From Eubacteriales bacterium (GTDB taxonomy: Bacteria > Bacillota > Clostridia > Oscillospirales > CAG-272), in the NCBI GenBank assembly GCA_045632325.1, contig JAZQWK010000335.1:1-37758 (forward strand): a stretch of DNA of 37,758 bases, given 5' to 3'. The notes beneath the pieces are model-generated. The model was not told the origin of the DNA, ran no database searches, and worked only from the letters and a program-made list of their open reading frames with translations. Within the stretch, counting starts at the first letter, position 1, and each line of letters starts with the position of its first letter. This document shows, one piece after another, positions 1 through 10,230 of the stretch. The position numbers were made by a program, and so were the translations under genes.

Positions 1-1374
1 TGCAAAAACCGCGGCTTCGTTTACCCCGGCTCCGAAATTTACGGCGGCCTTGCAAACTCCTGGGACTACGGTCCTCTCGGCGTTGAGCTGAAGAACAACG
101 TCAAGCGTGCTTGGTGGAAGAAGTTTGTTCAGGAATGTCCGTACAACGTCGGTCTGGACTCCGCAATCCTGATGAATCCCGAAACGTGGGTTGCTTCCGG
201 TCACCTCGGCGGCTTCTCCGACCCGCTGATGGACTGCAAGGTCTGTAAGACCCGTCACCGCGCGGACAAGCTCATCGAAGAATACGTTGCGGAAAACAAC
301 CTCACCGACAATCCCGCAGGTATGTCCGATGCTGAAATGCAGGACTACATCAAGGAACACCACATCACCTGCCCGTCCTGTGGCTCCGCTGACTTCACCG
401 ATATCCGTAAGTTCAACCTGATGTTCAAGACGTTCCAGGGCGTTACCGAGGACTCCTCCAACACCCTGTATCTCCGTCCCGAAACCGCACAGGGTATCTT
501 CGTCAACTTCAAGAACGTTGCAAGAACCACCCGTAAGAAGGTTCCCTTCGGCGTTGCACAGGTCGGTAAGTCCTTCAGAAACGAAATCACCCCCGGTAAC
601 TTCACGTTCCGTACCCGTGAATTCGAGCAGATGGAACTGGAATTCTTCTGCAAGCCCGGCACGGACCTTGAATGGTTCGCATACTGGAAGGATTACTGCG
701 CAAACTTCCTCTACAACCTCAACATGAAGCGTGAAAATCTCCGTCTCCGTGACCACGATCCGGAAGAACTCTGCTTCTACTCCCGCGCAACGACCGACTT
801 TGAATACCTCTTCCCGTTCGGTTGGGGCGAACTCTGGGGCATTGCGGACAGAACCGACTACGACCTGACCCAGCACCAGAACCACTCCGGTCAGTCCATG
901 GATTACTTCGATCCCGATACCAACGAAAAGTACATTCCGTACGTTGTTGAGCCGTCCCTCGGTGCAGACCGCGTCACGCTCGCATTCCTCGTTGAAGCAT
1001 ACGACGAAGAAGTCATCGACGAAAAGGATACCCGCGTTGTCATGCGCTTCCATCCGGCACTCGCGCCCATCAAGGCTGCCGTTCTGCCGCTCTCCAAGAA
1101 GCTCGGCGACAAGGCAATGGAAATCTACGCTGAACTTTCCAAGTACTTCGCAGTTGATTACGACGATGCAGGCTCCATCGGTAAGCGTTACCGCCGTGAA
1201 GACGAAATCGGTACGCCCTACTGCATCACCGTTGACTTCGACACCGTCGGCGACGAAGCAAAGGGCATCGAAGCTGACAACTGTGTCACCGTCCGTGACC
1301 GCGATACCATGGAACAGGTCAGAATGCCGATCGCAGACCTCGTTTCCTATCTGCAGGAGAAGATGTTCTACTAA
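1..1374 (+). CDS. glyQS: glycine--tRNA ligase (class II, single-chain GlyQS type), 5' end cut by window edge
   Basis: Frame 1 is open from base 1, so the M at 172 in the ORF track is internal. The frame ends at TAA 1372-1374. Translation reads [67 protein letters not shown], typical of GlyQS. Confidence 0.95.
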   Translation, partial: CKNRGFVYPGSEIYGGLANSWDYGPLGVELKNNVKRAWWKKFVQECPYNVGLDSAILMNPETWVASGHLGGFSDPLMDCKVCKTRHRADKLIEEYVAENNLTDNPAGMSDAEMQDYIKEHHITCPSCGSADFTDIRKFNLMFKTFQGVTEDSSNTLYLRPETAQGIFVNFKNVARTTRKKVPFGVAQVGKSFRNEITPGNFTFRTREFEQMELEFFCKPGTDLEWFAYWKDYCANFLYNLNMKRENLRLRDHDPEELCFYSRATTDFEYLFPFGWGELWGIADRTDYDLTQHQNHSGQSMDYFDPDTNEKYIPYVVEPSLGADRVTLAFLVEAYDEEVIDEKDTRVVMRFHPALAPIKAAVLPLSKKLGDKAMEIYAELSKYFAVDYDDAGSIGKRYRREDEIGTPYCITVDFDTVGDEAKGIEADNCVTVRDRDTMEQVRMPIADLVSYLQEKMFY

Positions 1375-1393
1375 TACTAAACCAATAAAAAGC

Positions 1394-1433
1394 AAGGTAC
1401 CGTTGGCACAATGCCTTCGGTACCTTATTTTTA
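1394..1433. terminator. bidirectional rho-independent terminator between convergent glyQS and SBP1
   Basis: Stem AAGGTACCG (1394-1402) pairs with CGGTACCTT (1418-1426). It is followed by ATTTTTAT and preceded by an A-run. Confidence 0.7.
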
Positions 1434-1444
1434 TGATGTATATT

Positions 1445-2914
1445 TCATTCCTGTTCGTTGAGAATTTCCATTGTTTTTGCAACCAGTGATTCAACCTTGG
1501 TCTTTGCCGATGCAATCTTGGATGCAAGGTCGCTCTTACCGTTCATAAGCTGCGTTTCAATCTGTGTTGAAATCGAGCTTGTCCAGCCAAATGTACTTCC
1601 GATTTCAGGTACACGGGAATCACGGATGATGTTCATCATTTCAATGGAATCCTCGTTGCGCAGCCCCTTTTGTGTCAGCGTGACATCATAATATGCAGGA
1701 AGAATGTCGGTATAGCTGTAATAAGACAGTGCATCAACCACAGCACCGCTTGCCTCCATATCCGAAACAGTCACAGGCAGGCAGACAACGCATGATGTAC
1801 CTGTTCTCATACAGCGATAGTTCTCCTGTGATTCATCATACTTGGGCATTGGAAGGATTCCGAATTCATCTTCCATACTGCGGAACTTTGTCGTTGCTTT
1901 AACCTGTGCAATCGTCATAAGCGCACGACCGTCGCGGAAGATCAATTCATAATGAATATCGCCGTTGTTGAAATTATTGAATTCACCGGAAGTTTCCGTC
2001 AGCGAAGCGATCTTTTCAGCAACATTGAAGAAGCGTTCATTTTCAATTGCAAGATACGGCATACCGGTATTATCGAGCCGAATGTAGTCCTCTCCCGCGG
2101 CAATCACCATCGCATGCGGGAAGGTCGAGTAGGAAACTATACCGTACTGTGCGGGTCCGTTTGCGTCGTATTTGTCAAAAGAATCCGCGCCGTTGAGATT
2201 TGCGCCCGCTTTTGCATATTCACCGAGCTTATCAAATGTCCATGTACCGGCACGAACCAGATCATATGGGGACTCCAGATCGAGATTATTCAGAATCCGC
2301 TCATTGAAGAACGGTACAACCGTACATTCAAGTCCCGTCAGCGAAAGCTCGGATGCAGCAAACCAGACAACATCCTTACCTCCAAGATTATACACCGTCA
2401 GGATTTCCTGATCCCACCATTCCCGATCAAACTGAACCGTATCGCAGGCACGCATATCCATCAGCATCTGCTCCTGGATCAGAGGAGAAATATTACTGAG
2501 CGCAATCAGTGCAGACTGATATACATCCTCACCGGCGTTCACCGTTTTGCGAAGTTCATTTGCCGCCGATCCAATGTCTTTATCTACGCCAAGCAGTTTC
2601 ACATTGAACATTTCCTCAACCTTACGATTGCGATTGAATACAGCATCGTCCAGCGTATCACCCGTCTGTTCTTCCAGATCAAAGGTGGTATAAAAGCCCC
2701 AATTCGTTATGGAATTCAGAATGGTGAACGTCCCACCACCGAGGTCAAGCGCCGGCATCTGATAAGTTTCCTCCGTGACAGCCTCTGTCTGTACGGTTTC
2801 AGAAACAGCCGAAGTCTGATTTTCAGTCATGCCAACATTACTCTCTCCGCCGCATGCAGAAAAAAGACCGAGTAAAATCAGAACACCAATCGCTGTGTTA
2901 TACTGTTTTCTCAT
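1445..2914 (-). CDS. extracellular solute-binding lipoprotein (family-1 sugar-type SBP), paralog 1
   Basis: N-terminus MRKQYNTAIGVLILLGLFSAC-GG is a signal peptide with a lipobox. RBS AAAGGTG lies 10 nt upstream of the ATG at 2914 (the ORF-track start 2923 is a GTG). C-terminal blocks FGILPMPKYDESQENY and RNEDSIEMMNII are shared with the SBPs at 6211 and 12145. Confidence 0.85.
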   Translation of the reverse strand: MRKQYNTAIGVLILLGLFSACGGESNVGMTENQTSAVSETVQTEAVTEETYQMPALDLGGGTFTILNSITNWGFYTTFDLEEQTGDTLDDAVFNRNRKVEEMFNVKLLGVDKDIGSAANELRKTVNAGEDVYQSALIALSNISPLIQEQMLMDMRACDTVQFDREWWDQEILTVYNLGGKDVVWFAASELSLTGLECTVVPFFNERILNNLDLESPYDLVRAGTWTFDKLGEYAKAGANLNGADSFDKYDANGPAQYGIVSYSTFPHAMVIAAGEDYIRLDNTGMPYLAIENERFFNVAEKIASLTETSGEFNNFNNGDIHYELIFRDGRALMTIAQVKATTKFRSMEDEFGILPMPKYDESQENYRCMRTGTSCVVCLPVTVSDMEASGAVVDALSYYSYTDILPAYYDVTLTQKGLRNEDSIEMMNIIRDSRVPEIGSTFGWTSSISTQIETQLMNGKSDLASKIASAKTKVESLVAKTMEILNEQE

Positions 2915-2960
2915 GAAGACCACGCACCTTTCAGATATAGTTTCCTATATATTTTTGGTC

Positions 2961-2989
2961 ATTATATCACAACACAAATGGTTTGTCAA
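2961..2989 (-). promoter_or_regulatory. sigma-A type promoter for SBP1
   Basis: On the minus strand: TTGACA (2989-2984), a 17-nt spacer, then TATAAT (2966-2961). It lies about 45 nt upstream of the start codon. Confidence 0.6.
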
Positions 2990-3016
2990 GCAATTCTTGT
3001 GCTTTCAGACGGATTA

Positions 3017-4990
3017 TTAAATTAAATATTCTATAACCGCAACATCCTTTGCTGCAACGGTTGTGGACTTACCGAAAACTTCAACGGTCGTTTCCTTCTC
3101 CGTTGTATTCCAGAAGGTGACGATAAAGTCGCCGTTTGCGCGGACAAATTTCGCGGCGCGGATGCCTGCGGGCAAGGATTCACACGACAGGGTTTCAAAT
3201 CTGCCGTGGTGGAAATAGTCGTGATACTGCGCCTTGATGGCAGTCAGGTACTGCACATGTGCGGCATAGTCGGGAAGTCCCGCGATACCGATCATCCGTC
3301 CGCGCCAGATGCAGACATCGAAGATCATGCCGTAGACAAAGGCGTAGTTGAGATGATCGACAAAGCCTGCCTTGTCGTCGTGGATAAAGCGGTTGGAAAC
3401 GGGAATACCCGGGAATGTATGCAGATAAATGTCGGGGAATGCGTCGGGGACATAGTTATGCGCCGTACCGCAGCCGTGGATATAGTCGACGAGATTGGTA
3501 TAACGGTCACAGACCCACTCCGTACCGATGGCTTTTCCCGCAGGTGTTACGGCACGGATGGCCTTGATGTTTTCGTATCTGCCCATACCGTCCTCGTCGA
3601 TGCGGTTTCCGTGCGGATGGGTCGTATCAAAGCAGAGCTTCAGACAGCAGCCAAGCTGGTCAAAGAAAATCGAATCGGGATCTAACGACAGCTTGAGTTT
3701 CGCCACACGGACGAGATTGTCCTGCCATTCTTTGGTTCTGTGGCATGCCGTATCAAAGGACTTATAGCCGTAATTGCGCAGGACGGTACCGTCGTTTGAG
3801 AACTGATAATGCTCGCGGTACTCATTGCCGTCGATGTCCTTGTGAGAGATTTTCTGACCGATATCGCGGTAGAACTTGGTTTTGACGTCGATCAGATTGC
3901 CGTTGGTATAGAGCAGGACATGACCGCCGCGTCTTTGCACCTCGGCAATGGCATCCCGCAGACCTTCCTCACCACCAAGTGCGGGGTCCGCCTCATATTC
4001 GGGATAATTGTTGTCAAACCGACCTTTCCACCAGCCGAAAACCAGCAGCGCATTCAGTCCCGACCGCTTGCCTTCTTCATAAAGCCGCGGCAAATCCTCG
4101 TATTTCCAGAAAATTTCGCCGTACTGATGCTTGAGAATGACACGCTGCCAGCCTGTGATGTCCTGCACCCATTCGGGAATATTCTGCTCGACACGCCAGG
4201 TTTTCTCCGACCAGTCGCGGTAATACGCCGCACCGTCGCGCCAGTCGCCGTCAAACAGCGCAAGAACACTCTGTGCCGTATCGACGCGCTCGCCACATCG
4301 AACCGCAGGATAGTGCGACATCTGACACATCAGTGCCGAGCGGTGATGACGCGGCGGAATACCGATATTGAAGCCCGTGATGCGCATCTCGGGATTGTGT
4401 TCGCCAAAGTACAGGAAATGCTTGCCCAGCTGCAGACCCATCCACGGCATCGACATTCCGCGGGATCCGTAAGCAGGAGGATAGGTATGTGTCATCCAGG
4501 TGGATTTGTAGTCGGCGCTCATATACTCGGAGTGGCACCACGACACGCGCTGACGGATGTTGACGGTCTTCGCGCCCAGTCCTTCCGCGATGTACAGGGT
4601 TTCCTTTGCAGGATCGCAGCCCCAGTCGTACGCATCGACAAACGGCAGCTGCAGCTCATTGACGATCACATCGTCGCGGTTGTCAATCATCGCCGAAAAC
4701 CGCAGAGAACCGTCATCCTCATGTGTCACGTTCACCGTCAGAGAAACGTCGTAGGTGACACCGTCCTCTGCCAACAGTCTGTCATACCGCACGGACATCA
4801 CGCCGTCGTGCTCCTCTGCGGAAATCGGGGTCTGCATATGCGAGTAGACCGACAGCTCACGGATTTCGTCCGTATCCAGAAACGCGCGCCAGAAGTCGCC
4901 GTCTTCGCGTCCGACCGTTGCAAAGCCTTCACTCATCAGTCGGATGCCGTATTGAAAATCAAATTGCAGTTTTTGTTGTGTTCCCATCAT
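3017..4990 (-). CDS. large cytoplasmic glycosidase-like protein, family not recognised (about 657 aa)
   Basis: Long ORF with no signal peptide. The likely start is MMGTQQ at 4990/4987, after GGAG, only 10 nt past the stop of the upstream IUNH-like gene. The ORF-track start 5053 would overlap that gene. A segment such as LNALLVFGWWKGRFDNNYPEYE..GGHVLLYTNGNLID looks like a TIM-barrel glycosidase. Function is inferred. Confidence 0.65.
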   Translation of the reverse strand: MMGTQQKLQFDFQYGIRLMSEGFATVGREDGDFWRAFLDTDEIRELSVYSHMQTPISAEEHDGVMSVRYDRLLAEDGVTYDVSLTVNVTHEDDGSLRFSAMIDNRDDVIVNELQLPFVDAYDWGCDPAKETLYIAEGLGAKTVNIRQRVSWCHSEYMSADYKSTWMTHTYPPAYGSRGMSMPWMGLQLGKHFLYFGEHNPEMRITGFNIGIPPRHHRSALMCQMSHYPAVRCGERVDTAQSVLALFDGDWRDGAAYYRDWSEKTWRVEQNIPEWVQDITGWQRVILKHQYGEIFWKYEDLPRLYEEGKRSGLNALLVFGWWKGRFDNNYPEYEADPALGGEEGLRDAIAEVQRRGGHVLLYTNGNLIDVKTKFYRDIGQKISHKDIDGNEYREHYQFSNDGTVLRNYGYKSFDTACHRTKEWQDNLVRVAKLKLSLDPDSIFFDQLGCCLKLCFDTTHPHGNRIDEDGMGRYENIKAIRAVTPAGKAIGTEWVCDRYTNLVDYIHGCGTAHNYVPDAFPDIYLHTFPGIPVSNRFIHDDKAGFVDHLNYAFVYGMIFDVCIWRGRMIGIAGLPDYAAHVQYLTAIKAQYHDYFHHGRFETLSCESLPAGIRAAKFVRANGDFIVTFWNTTEKETTVEVFGKSTTVAAKDVAVIEYLI

Positions 4991-5000
4991 GTACTCCGTT

Positions 5001-5978
5001 TCATCTGCTTCCTTTGGGCAGCTCGGGGCAGAATACCAGTCCGTTGATGACATCGCGGATCACGTCGTAATCCTCGCGCGGCAGAAGGTAACTCTGCTGT
5101 CCTCCGTTTTCCGCGTGCCATGCCGTGATACCGTCGTCATCGACCGTCACACGACCAAACGGATGCAGATTCCAATATCCCGCATCGGGACGAACGGCAT
5201 AGAGAAGTGCCGTATGATCCCAGCTTTCCCGTCCGTAGTCGCGTCCGCAGGGATGCAGTTCATACGCGCGGCGAACAGGGTCTTCCTTCGGTGCCGTCTG
5301 TGCATATCCTTTCATCGTAACGCACCACAGCCCGATCTCGTAACCGGAGAAGATCAGCTCACCCGGCCACTCGCGGCACAGCGTCTGCGCGGCGGGAACG
5401 TCGGCATGGATATTCCACTCCCACGTTACGGTAAAATCTCCGCCTAAAACGATCGGCATCGGCCACGTGCCGAAAAATCTGCCGCCCATGACGACCGTGC
5501 GCAGAACCTTCTGCGCAATCAGAGCCTTGCCGTCGAGCGGGGAAAGATCGTCTGCCGGACTCTGCACCAGTGCCGCAAGCGATGCCATCGAGCCGGTTGC
5601 GCAGAGCGTCACGCTGTGATCGTCGGCGGATGCAAGTACACGGCGCATGACCGATACGGTATCGGGAATCTCTTTCTCCCGTTCCGGCGGATAGCCGTTT
5701 TCAAATTCCTCACAAAGACCTTTTGCATAAACCCCCGGCTCTGCCGACGGCTTTCCGTGCAGAATACCGACGGGGACCTCGCGTTTGTAATAGCGGTTGA
5801 TCGCATCAATGCATCCTGCGACGTACGGGGATGCGTAGCATGCGGTAACCGCAAGCAGCTCACATTCACCGAGATCACACAGGCGATGAAGCATGGCAAG
5901 CGCACCTGCGTCGTCACAATCGCCGCCGATATCCGTGTCAAATAAGATTTTGGCAATCGGCTTTTCTATTGTAGTCAT
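5001..5978 (-). CDS. inosine/uridine-preferring nucleoside hydrolase (IUNH) family protein, divergent paralog 1
   Basis: N-terminal aspartate cluster ILFDTDIGGDCDDAGALAML resembles the IUNH DxDxxxDD Ca-binding motif with an insertion. RBS GGGAGG lies 9 nt upstream of the ATG at 5978. Confidence 0.75.
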   Translation of the reverse strand: MTTIEKPIAKILFDTDIGGDCDDAGALAMLHRLCDLGECELLAVTACYASPYVAGCIDAINRYYKREVPVGILHGKPSAEPGVYAKGLCEEFENGYPPEREKEIPDTVSVMRRVLASADDHSVTLCATGSMASLAALVQSPADDLSPLDGKALIAQKVLRTVVMGGRFFGTWPMPIVLGGDFTVTWEWNIHADVPAAQTLCREWPGELIFSGYEIGLWCVTMKGYAQTAPKEDPVRRAYELHPCGRDYGRESWDHTALLYAVRPDAGYWNLHPFGRVTVDDDGITAWHAENGGQQSYLLPREDYDVIRDVINGLVFCPELPKGSR

Positions 5979-6015
5979 AACGTAATACCTCCCGTATCCG
6001 TATTATTCTGCTTCC

Positions 6016-6044
6016 ATTATATCCAAGAGAAATCGATTTGTCAA
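6016..6044 (-). promoter_or_regulatory. sigma-A type promoter for the IUNH-like/glycosidase-like operon
   Basis: On the minus strand: TTGACA (6044-6039), a 17-nt spacer, then TATAAT (6021-6016). Confidence 0.55.
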
Positions 6045-6210
6045 GACATAAAGACCAGAATACAATATCCGTAAAATTTCAGTGATTTTCGTTCGTTTTC
6101 ACAAGATTTTTTTCGCAAAATGACTTGCAATTTCAGAGAAAATATGATAAAATTATAATATCTGTGTATCCAAAAATTGACGTATTTCAAAACAAGAAAA
6201 GGAGTTCACT

Positions 6211-7668
6211 ATGAAACGCATTGCATACTTTCTTATGGCGGTTCTGACCATTGCCTCGGTTGTTTCCTGTGCGGATCAGGCATCTTCCGACAACGGTACC
6301 GTTACCAACGTTGAAAATTCCACGCAGGCAGCGACCGACGCTGTTACCGAGGAGCCGTCTCTGCTGGATTCGCTCGGCGAAAAGGATCTGGGCGGACTTG
6401 TTTATACCATTTTCGACTGCAACCAGCATCCCGATAAGCAGTTCAACATCCCCGGTGAGGAAATGAACGGTGACGTTGTCAACGACGCACTTCTGACCCG
6501 TGACCTGTATCTGGAAGAAACCTACAACTGCTCCATCGAATATTTCCAGGAAGACGCCATCAGCAAGCTGAAGACGATGGTATCCGCAGGTGACGATGAA
6601 TGGCAGATGATCATTCATTCTCTCGGCGGTCTTTCCGGTCAGGCAACCTCCGGCTACCTGGCAGATATGTGCAATATGCCTTATATGGAAATGAATCAGA
6701 GCTGGTGGAACCCGCTGCTGTACGAAAACCTCCGTCTGCATGAAGCAATGTATATCACGTCTTCCGATATCGCACCCGGTATCTATCAGATGCCCTGCTG
6801 CCTGTTCCTCAACCTCAAGCTGTACACCGACTACGACTATGACTTCGATATTTTCCAGTCTGTCATCGACGGCAAGTGGACGATGGATCAGCTCCGTTCC
6901 ATGATTAAGGATATGGACGTTGACATGAACGCCGACAACAAGTGGTCCGTTTACGACGACTTCTTCGGTTTTGCAATGCACAACTCCTCCGAAGCCGTTC
7001 TGACGACGCTCATCGGCTGCGGTGTCCAGATGTCGAAGATCACCGACGACGGTACCAACATCGTCTGCAACATCCGCAACGACGAGCATGCAATCGAGGT
7101 CGTTGAAAACGTCGTCGATATGTATAAGAATATCACTTGGGATTCCGATATCAACGATTACTCCAACATCCTGTTCCAGGGTGACCGCGCACTGTTCTTC
7201 ATGCATAAGCTCGAGTCTGCGGCTGTTCATCTGCGTGATATGGAATCCGACTATCTGATCCTGCCGTCTCCGAAGTGGGACGAAGGACAGGAATCCTACT
7301 ACTCCTTCCTCTCTCCGCACGGCTCCTGCTTCGTCGGTCTGCCGCAGACGGTTGCAGGAAACGAAGACTACGGTTTCCTGACCGAAGCACTTGCTCGTTA
7401 CTCCAACCAGTACGTCCGTCCCGTTGCGTACGATCTGGTATACAAGGAAAAGGACTCCCGCGATCCCCGTTCTGTTGACGTTCTGAACATCCTGCTCGAC
7501 AGCCTGTACATCGACTTCCAGTCTCTGTACAACTTCGGTACGCTCAACGACTCCCTCGTTACGGTCTTCTTCCAGGATAAGCCTCTCGTTTCCACCATCG
7601 AAAAGAGACAGGCTTCCATTGACAAGGCGATCGTCAAGCTGGTTGAAAACTGGATGCCCGTTGAATAA
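6211..7668 (+). CDS. extracellular solute-binding lipoprotein, paralog 2
   Basis: MKRIAYFLMAVLTIASVVSC-ADQ is a lipoprotein signal. RBS AAGGAG lies 7 nt upstream. The block YLILPSPKWDEGQESYY aligns with the other two SBPs. Confidence 0.85.
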   Translation: MKRIAYFLMAVLTIASVVSCADQASSDNGTVTNVENSTQAATDAVTEEPSLLDSLGEKDLGGLVYTIFDCNQHPDKQFNIPGEEMNGDVVNDALLTRDLYLEETYNCSIEYFQEDAISKLKTMVSAGDDEWQMIIHSLGGLSGQATSGYLADMCNMPYMEMNQSWWNPLLYENLRLHEAMYITSSDIAPGIYQMPCCLFLNLKLYTDYDYDFDIFQSVIDGKWTMDQLRSMIKDMDVDMNADNKWSVYDDFFGFAMHNSSEAVLTTLIGCGVQMSKITDDGTNIVCNIRNDEHAIEVVENVVDMYKNITWDSDINDYSNILFQGDRALFFMHKLESAAVHLRDMESDYLILPSPKWDEGQESYYSFLSPHGSCFVGLPQTVAGNEDYGFLTEALARYSNQYVRPVAYDLVYKEKDSRDPRSVDVLNILLDSLYIDFQSLYNFGTLNDSLVTVFFQDKPLVSTIEKRQASIDKAIVKLVENWMPVE

Positions 7669-7690
7669 TCAAATACCCGTCGATCCATAC

Positions 7691-7728
7691 AAGGACTGCT
7701 GCATTTTTCTTTGCGGCAGTCCTTTTGT
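7691..7728 (+). terminator. rho-independent terminator after SBP2
   Basis: AAGGACTGCTGC (7691-7702) pairs with GCGGCAGTCCTT (7713-7724), including one G-U pair. TTTTGT follows. Confidence 0.65.
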
Positions 7729-7822
7729 GCGTTGAAAATAAAGGAAATATTTATCAATACCCCTTCCCATCCAAGTCAATTTATGATATAATAAAAACAA
7801 CAACGATCCCAAGGAGGTTTCC

Positions 7823-8740
7823 ATGAAATATATCCATACGTTTTCGGGGGATATCCCCGTTTCGCAGATCGCCCTCGGCTGTATGCGCATCTCCTCGATG
7901 ACTGCGGCTGAATGTGAGGCGTACATCAGCCACGCACTGGATTGCGGTATCAATTACTTCGATCATGCCGATATCTACGGCGGCGGAACGTGCGAGGAGG
8001 TTTTCGGTTCTGCACTGGCACTCAATCCCTCCCTGCGCGATAAGATGATCATCCAGACCAAGTGCGGCATCCGTCCCGGAAGATACGATTTTTCCAAGGA
8101 GCACATCGTAGCGTCCGCAGAAAAGTCGCTTGCCAAGCTCGGCATTGAGCAGATCGACGTTCTTCTGCTGCACCGTCCCGATCTTCTGATGGAGCCGGAG
8201 GAGGTCGCAGAAGCGTTTGACCGTCTCTATACCGCGGGTAAGGTTCGCGCGTTCGGCGTTTCCAACCATTCTGCATTGCAGATCGAGCTTCTGCAGAAAT
8301 ACGTCGCACAGCCGATTACGATCAATCAGATGCAGCTCAGCATCACAAACGCGGCAATGGTTGCATCCGGCGCCAACGTCAATCTGACCGATCGCGACGG
8401 CATCAACTGCGACGGTTATCTGCGCGATTACTGCCGCCTGCACGGCATTACGATCCAGCCGTGGTCTCCGCTGCAGCACGGATTCATTTCGGGCACGTTC
8501 CTCGGTTCTCCCGATTATCCCGAGCTGAACGCAAAGCTGTGTGCGCTTGGTGAAAAATACGGCACCTCCGATACCGGCATTGCCATCGCATGGCTCACGC
8601 GTCTGCCGGATCAGATGCAGCCCGTTGTCGGTTCTACCAACGCTGCCCGCATTGAAGAAATTGCAAAAGCTGCCGACATTACACTTTCAAGAGAGGATTG
8701 GTACGATATTTACCGTACCGCAGGTTACAGATTGCCATGA
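7823..8740 (+). CDS. aldo/keto reductase family oxidoreductase
   Basis: RBS AAGGAGG. Motifs ALGCMRIS, INYFDHADIYGGG, DVLLLHRPD and VRAFGVSNH are typical of the AKR fold. Confidence 0.85.
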   Translation: MKYIHTFSGDIPVSQIALGCMRISSMTAAECEAYISHALDCGINYFDHADIYGGGTCEEVFGSALALNPSLRDKMIIQTKCGIRPGRYDFSKEHIVASAEKSLAKLGIEQIDVLLLHRPDLLMEPEEVAEAFDRLYTAGKVRAFGVSNHSALQIELLQKYVAQPITINQMQLSITNAAMVASGANVNLTDRDGINCDGYLRDYCRLHGITIQPWSPLQHGFISGTFLGSPDYPELNAKLCALGEKYGTSDTGIAIAWLTRLPDQMQPVVGSTNAARIEEIAKAADITLSREDWYDIYRTAGYRLP

Positions 8741-9414
8741 TTTACCGTTACGATTTACATATTCACACCGCCGAATGTGACCTTGCGGCACACGTTCCTG
8801 CGGCGGAAATCGTCCGTATGTACCATGAGGCAGGTTACAACGGACTCGTCATCACTGACCACTGCTTCTCCATCTTCTTTGATTGGTTCAAGGAAGAACT
8901 GGACGGCAAATCCCACAAGGAGATCACCGAGCGCTGGCTTCGCGGCTATTACGAAGCAAGAAACGAAGGCGAAAAGCTCGGCATGACGATCCTGCCCGGT
9001 GCGGAAGTGCGCTTTGACGGCACGATCAACGACTATCTTGTGTACGGTCTGACGGAGGACTTTTTCTATCAAGCGCCCCAGATGAACCGTCTGAAGAATC
9101 TGAATGAGCTGCTTGCGGTTCTGCCGGAGGATGCATGCGTTGTCCATGCGCATCCGTTCCGCGTCAACATGACGGTCATCGATCCGACACCGCTGTTCGG
9201 TATTGAGATCTACAACGGCGGCACCGATGCCTACCGCAATCATCTTGCCGAGGATCTTGCCCTGCATTACGGCAAGGTCATGACCTCCGGCTCAGACTTC
9301 CATCATGCATCCCACCTTGCGCGCGGCGGTATCATGACGCAGACGAAGATCGAAACGCCTGCCGATCTCGTTTCCGTGCTGAAAAAAGGTGCGTATTCCG
9401 TCATCAAGACATAA
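8737..9414 (+). CDS. PHP-domain metal-dependent phosphoesterase
   Basis: The start MIYRYDLHIHTAECD carries the HxH metal motif. Later motifs are VITDH and HAHPFR. ATG 8737 overlaps the AKR stop (ATGA), so the ORF-track start 8698 is an in-gene extension. Confidence 0.8.
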   Translation: MIYRYDLHIHTAECDLAAHVPAAEIVRMYHEAGYNGLVITDHCFSIFFDWFKEELDGKSHKEITERWLRGYYEARNEGEKLGMTILPGAEVRFDGTINDYLVYGLTEDFFYQAPQMNRLKNLNELLAVLPEDACVVHAHPFRVNMTVIDPTPLFGIEIYNGGTDAYRNHLAEDLALHYGKVMTSGSDFHHASHLARGGIMTQTKIETPADLVSVLKKGAYSVIKT

Positions 9415-9431
9415 TTGTTTCGAAAATGCAG

Positions 9432-9462
9432 ATCGGAGAGATGCCGAAAACATCTCTCCGAT
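9432..9462. terminator. bidirectional terminator between convergent PHP gene and methyltransferase
   Basis: ATCGGAGAGATG pairs with CATCTCTCCGAT (12 bp) around loop CCGAAAA. A T-rich tail follows on the plus strand. Confidence 0.7.
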
Positions 9463-9468
9463 TTCCTT

Positions 9469-10227
9469 TTATTTTTTTGCAATCAGCAGAAGCGTTCCTT
9501 CTACACCGACGGTGCAGTAAAGCACCTCGGCGAAGCCTGCCTGTTTTAAGACTTCCGCTTCGTCATACGCCATTTTCGGGCGATCGACGTGGACGAAATC
9601 GCCTTCGCCGACGTCGGTATTCATTGCACGTCGAATGCGCCAGTGTTCTTCGCACATCTCGACTTCTTCCTCACACGCGGCAAAGTAGTCGCACTGCAGG
9701 AACACGCCGCCGTCTTTCAGTGCCTCGCGGACACGGCGGAACAGAGGGAGCTTTTCCTCAAGCGAGAAGTGGTGAATGGATTCGACGGACACGGCACAGT
9801 CAAACTCCGCTTTGCCGAGCGGCACTTCAAAGTAACTTCCCATTTTTACCGTAATTTCTTTGTCGGGATGTTTGGCATACAGCTGATCGACCAGTGCCTG
9901 TGTCATGTCAACGCCGACCACGCGCGGAAATGCGCGGTTTTCCCGCTTGCAGATGCGGTCGAGCGCATCAAGCTCCAGACCGGTACCGCAGCCGAGATCA
10001 AGCAGGGATTTGCAATCTGCGGGAATATGGGACGCCGTCACGTCGTAGCACGGCGCGAACTGCATCATGTGCTCGTCGTATCCGTTCTCGCGTTTGGTGA
10101 AAAAATCGGACATTTCTTCAGCCGCACCGCGCTCGCACATCTGCGCAATATAAGCGCGTGTGTCTGCAAGGTGCTTTTCCATATCGGAACGGAGCGGCGG
10201 AAGCTCGTGATAGTTTTTGGTAATCAT
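9469..10227 (-). CDS. class I SAM-dependent methyltransferase
   Basis: Motif I is LLDLGCGTGLE. The start lies 3 nt after the SulP stop, with AAAGGAA as RBS. Confidence 0.85.
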   Translation of the reverse strand: MITKNYHELPPLRSDMEKHLADTRAYIAQMCERGAAEEMSDFFTKRENGYDEHMMQFAPCYDVTASHIPADCKSLLDLGCGTGLELDALDRICKRENRAFPRVVGVDMTQALVDQLYAKHPDKEITVKMGSYFEVPLGKAEFDCAVSVESIHHFSLEEKLPLFRRVREALKDGGVFLQCDYFAACEEEVEMCEEHWRIRRAMNTDVGEGDFVHVDRPKMAYDEAEVLKQAGFAEVLYCTVGVEGTLLLIAKK

Positions 10228-10230
10228 TGA

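Noticed and set aside
6187-7320. 377-aa ORF antisense to SBP2
   Set aside because: The opposite strand encodes a lipoprotein SBP with an RBS, a lipobox and paralogs. This frame has no RBS and a skewed V/H/R/G-rich composition typical of a GC-driven shadow ORF.
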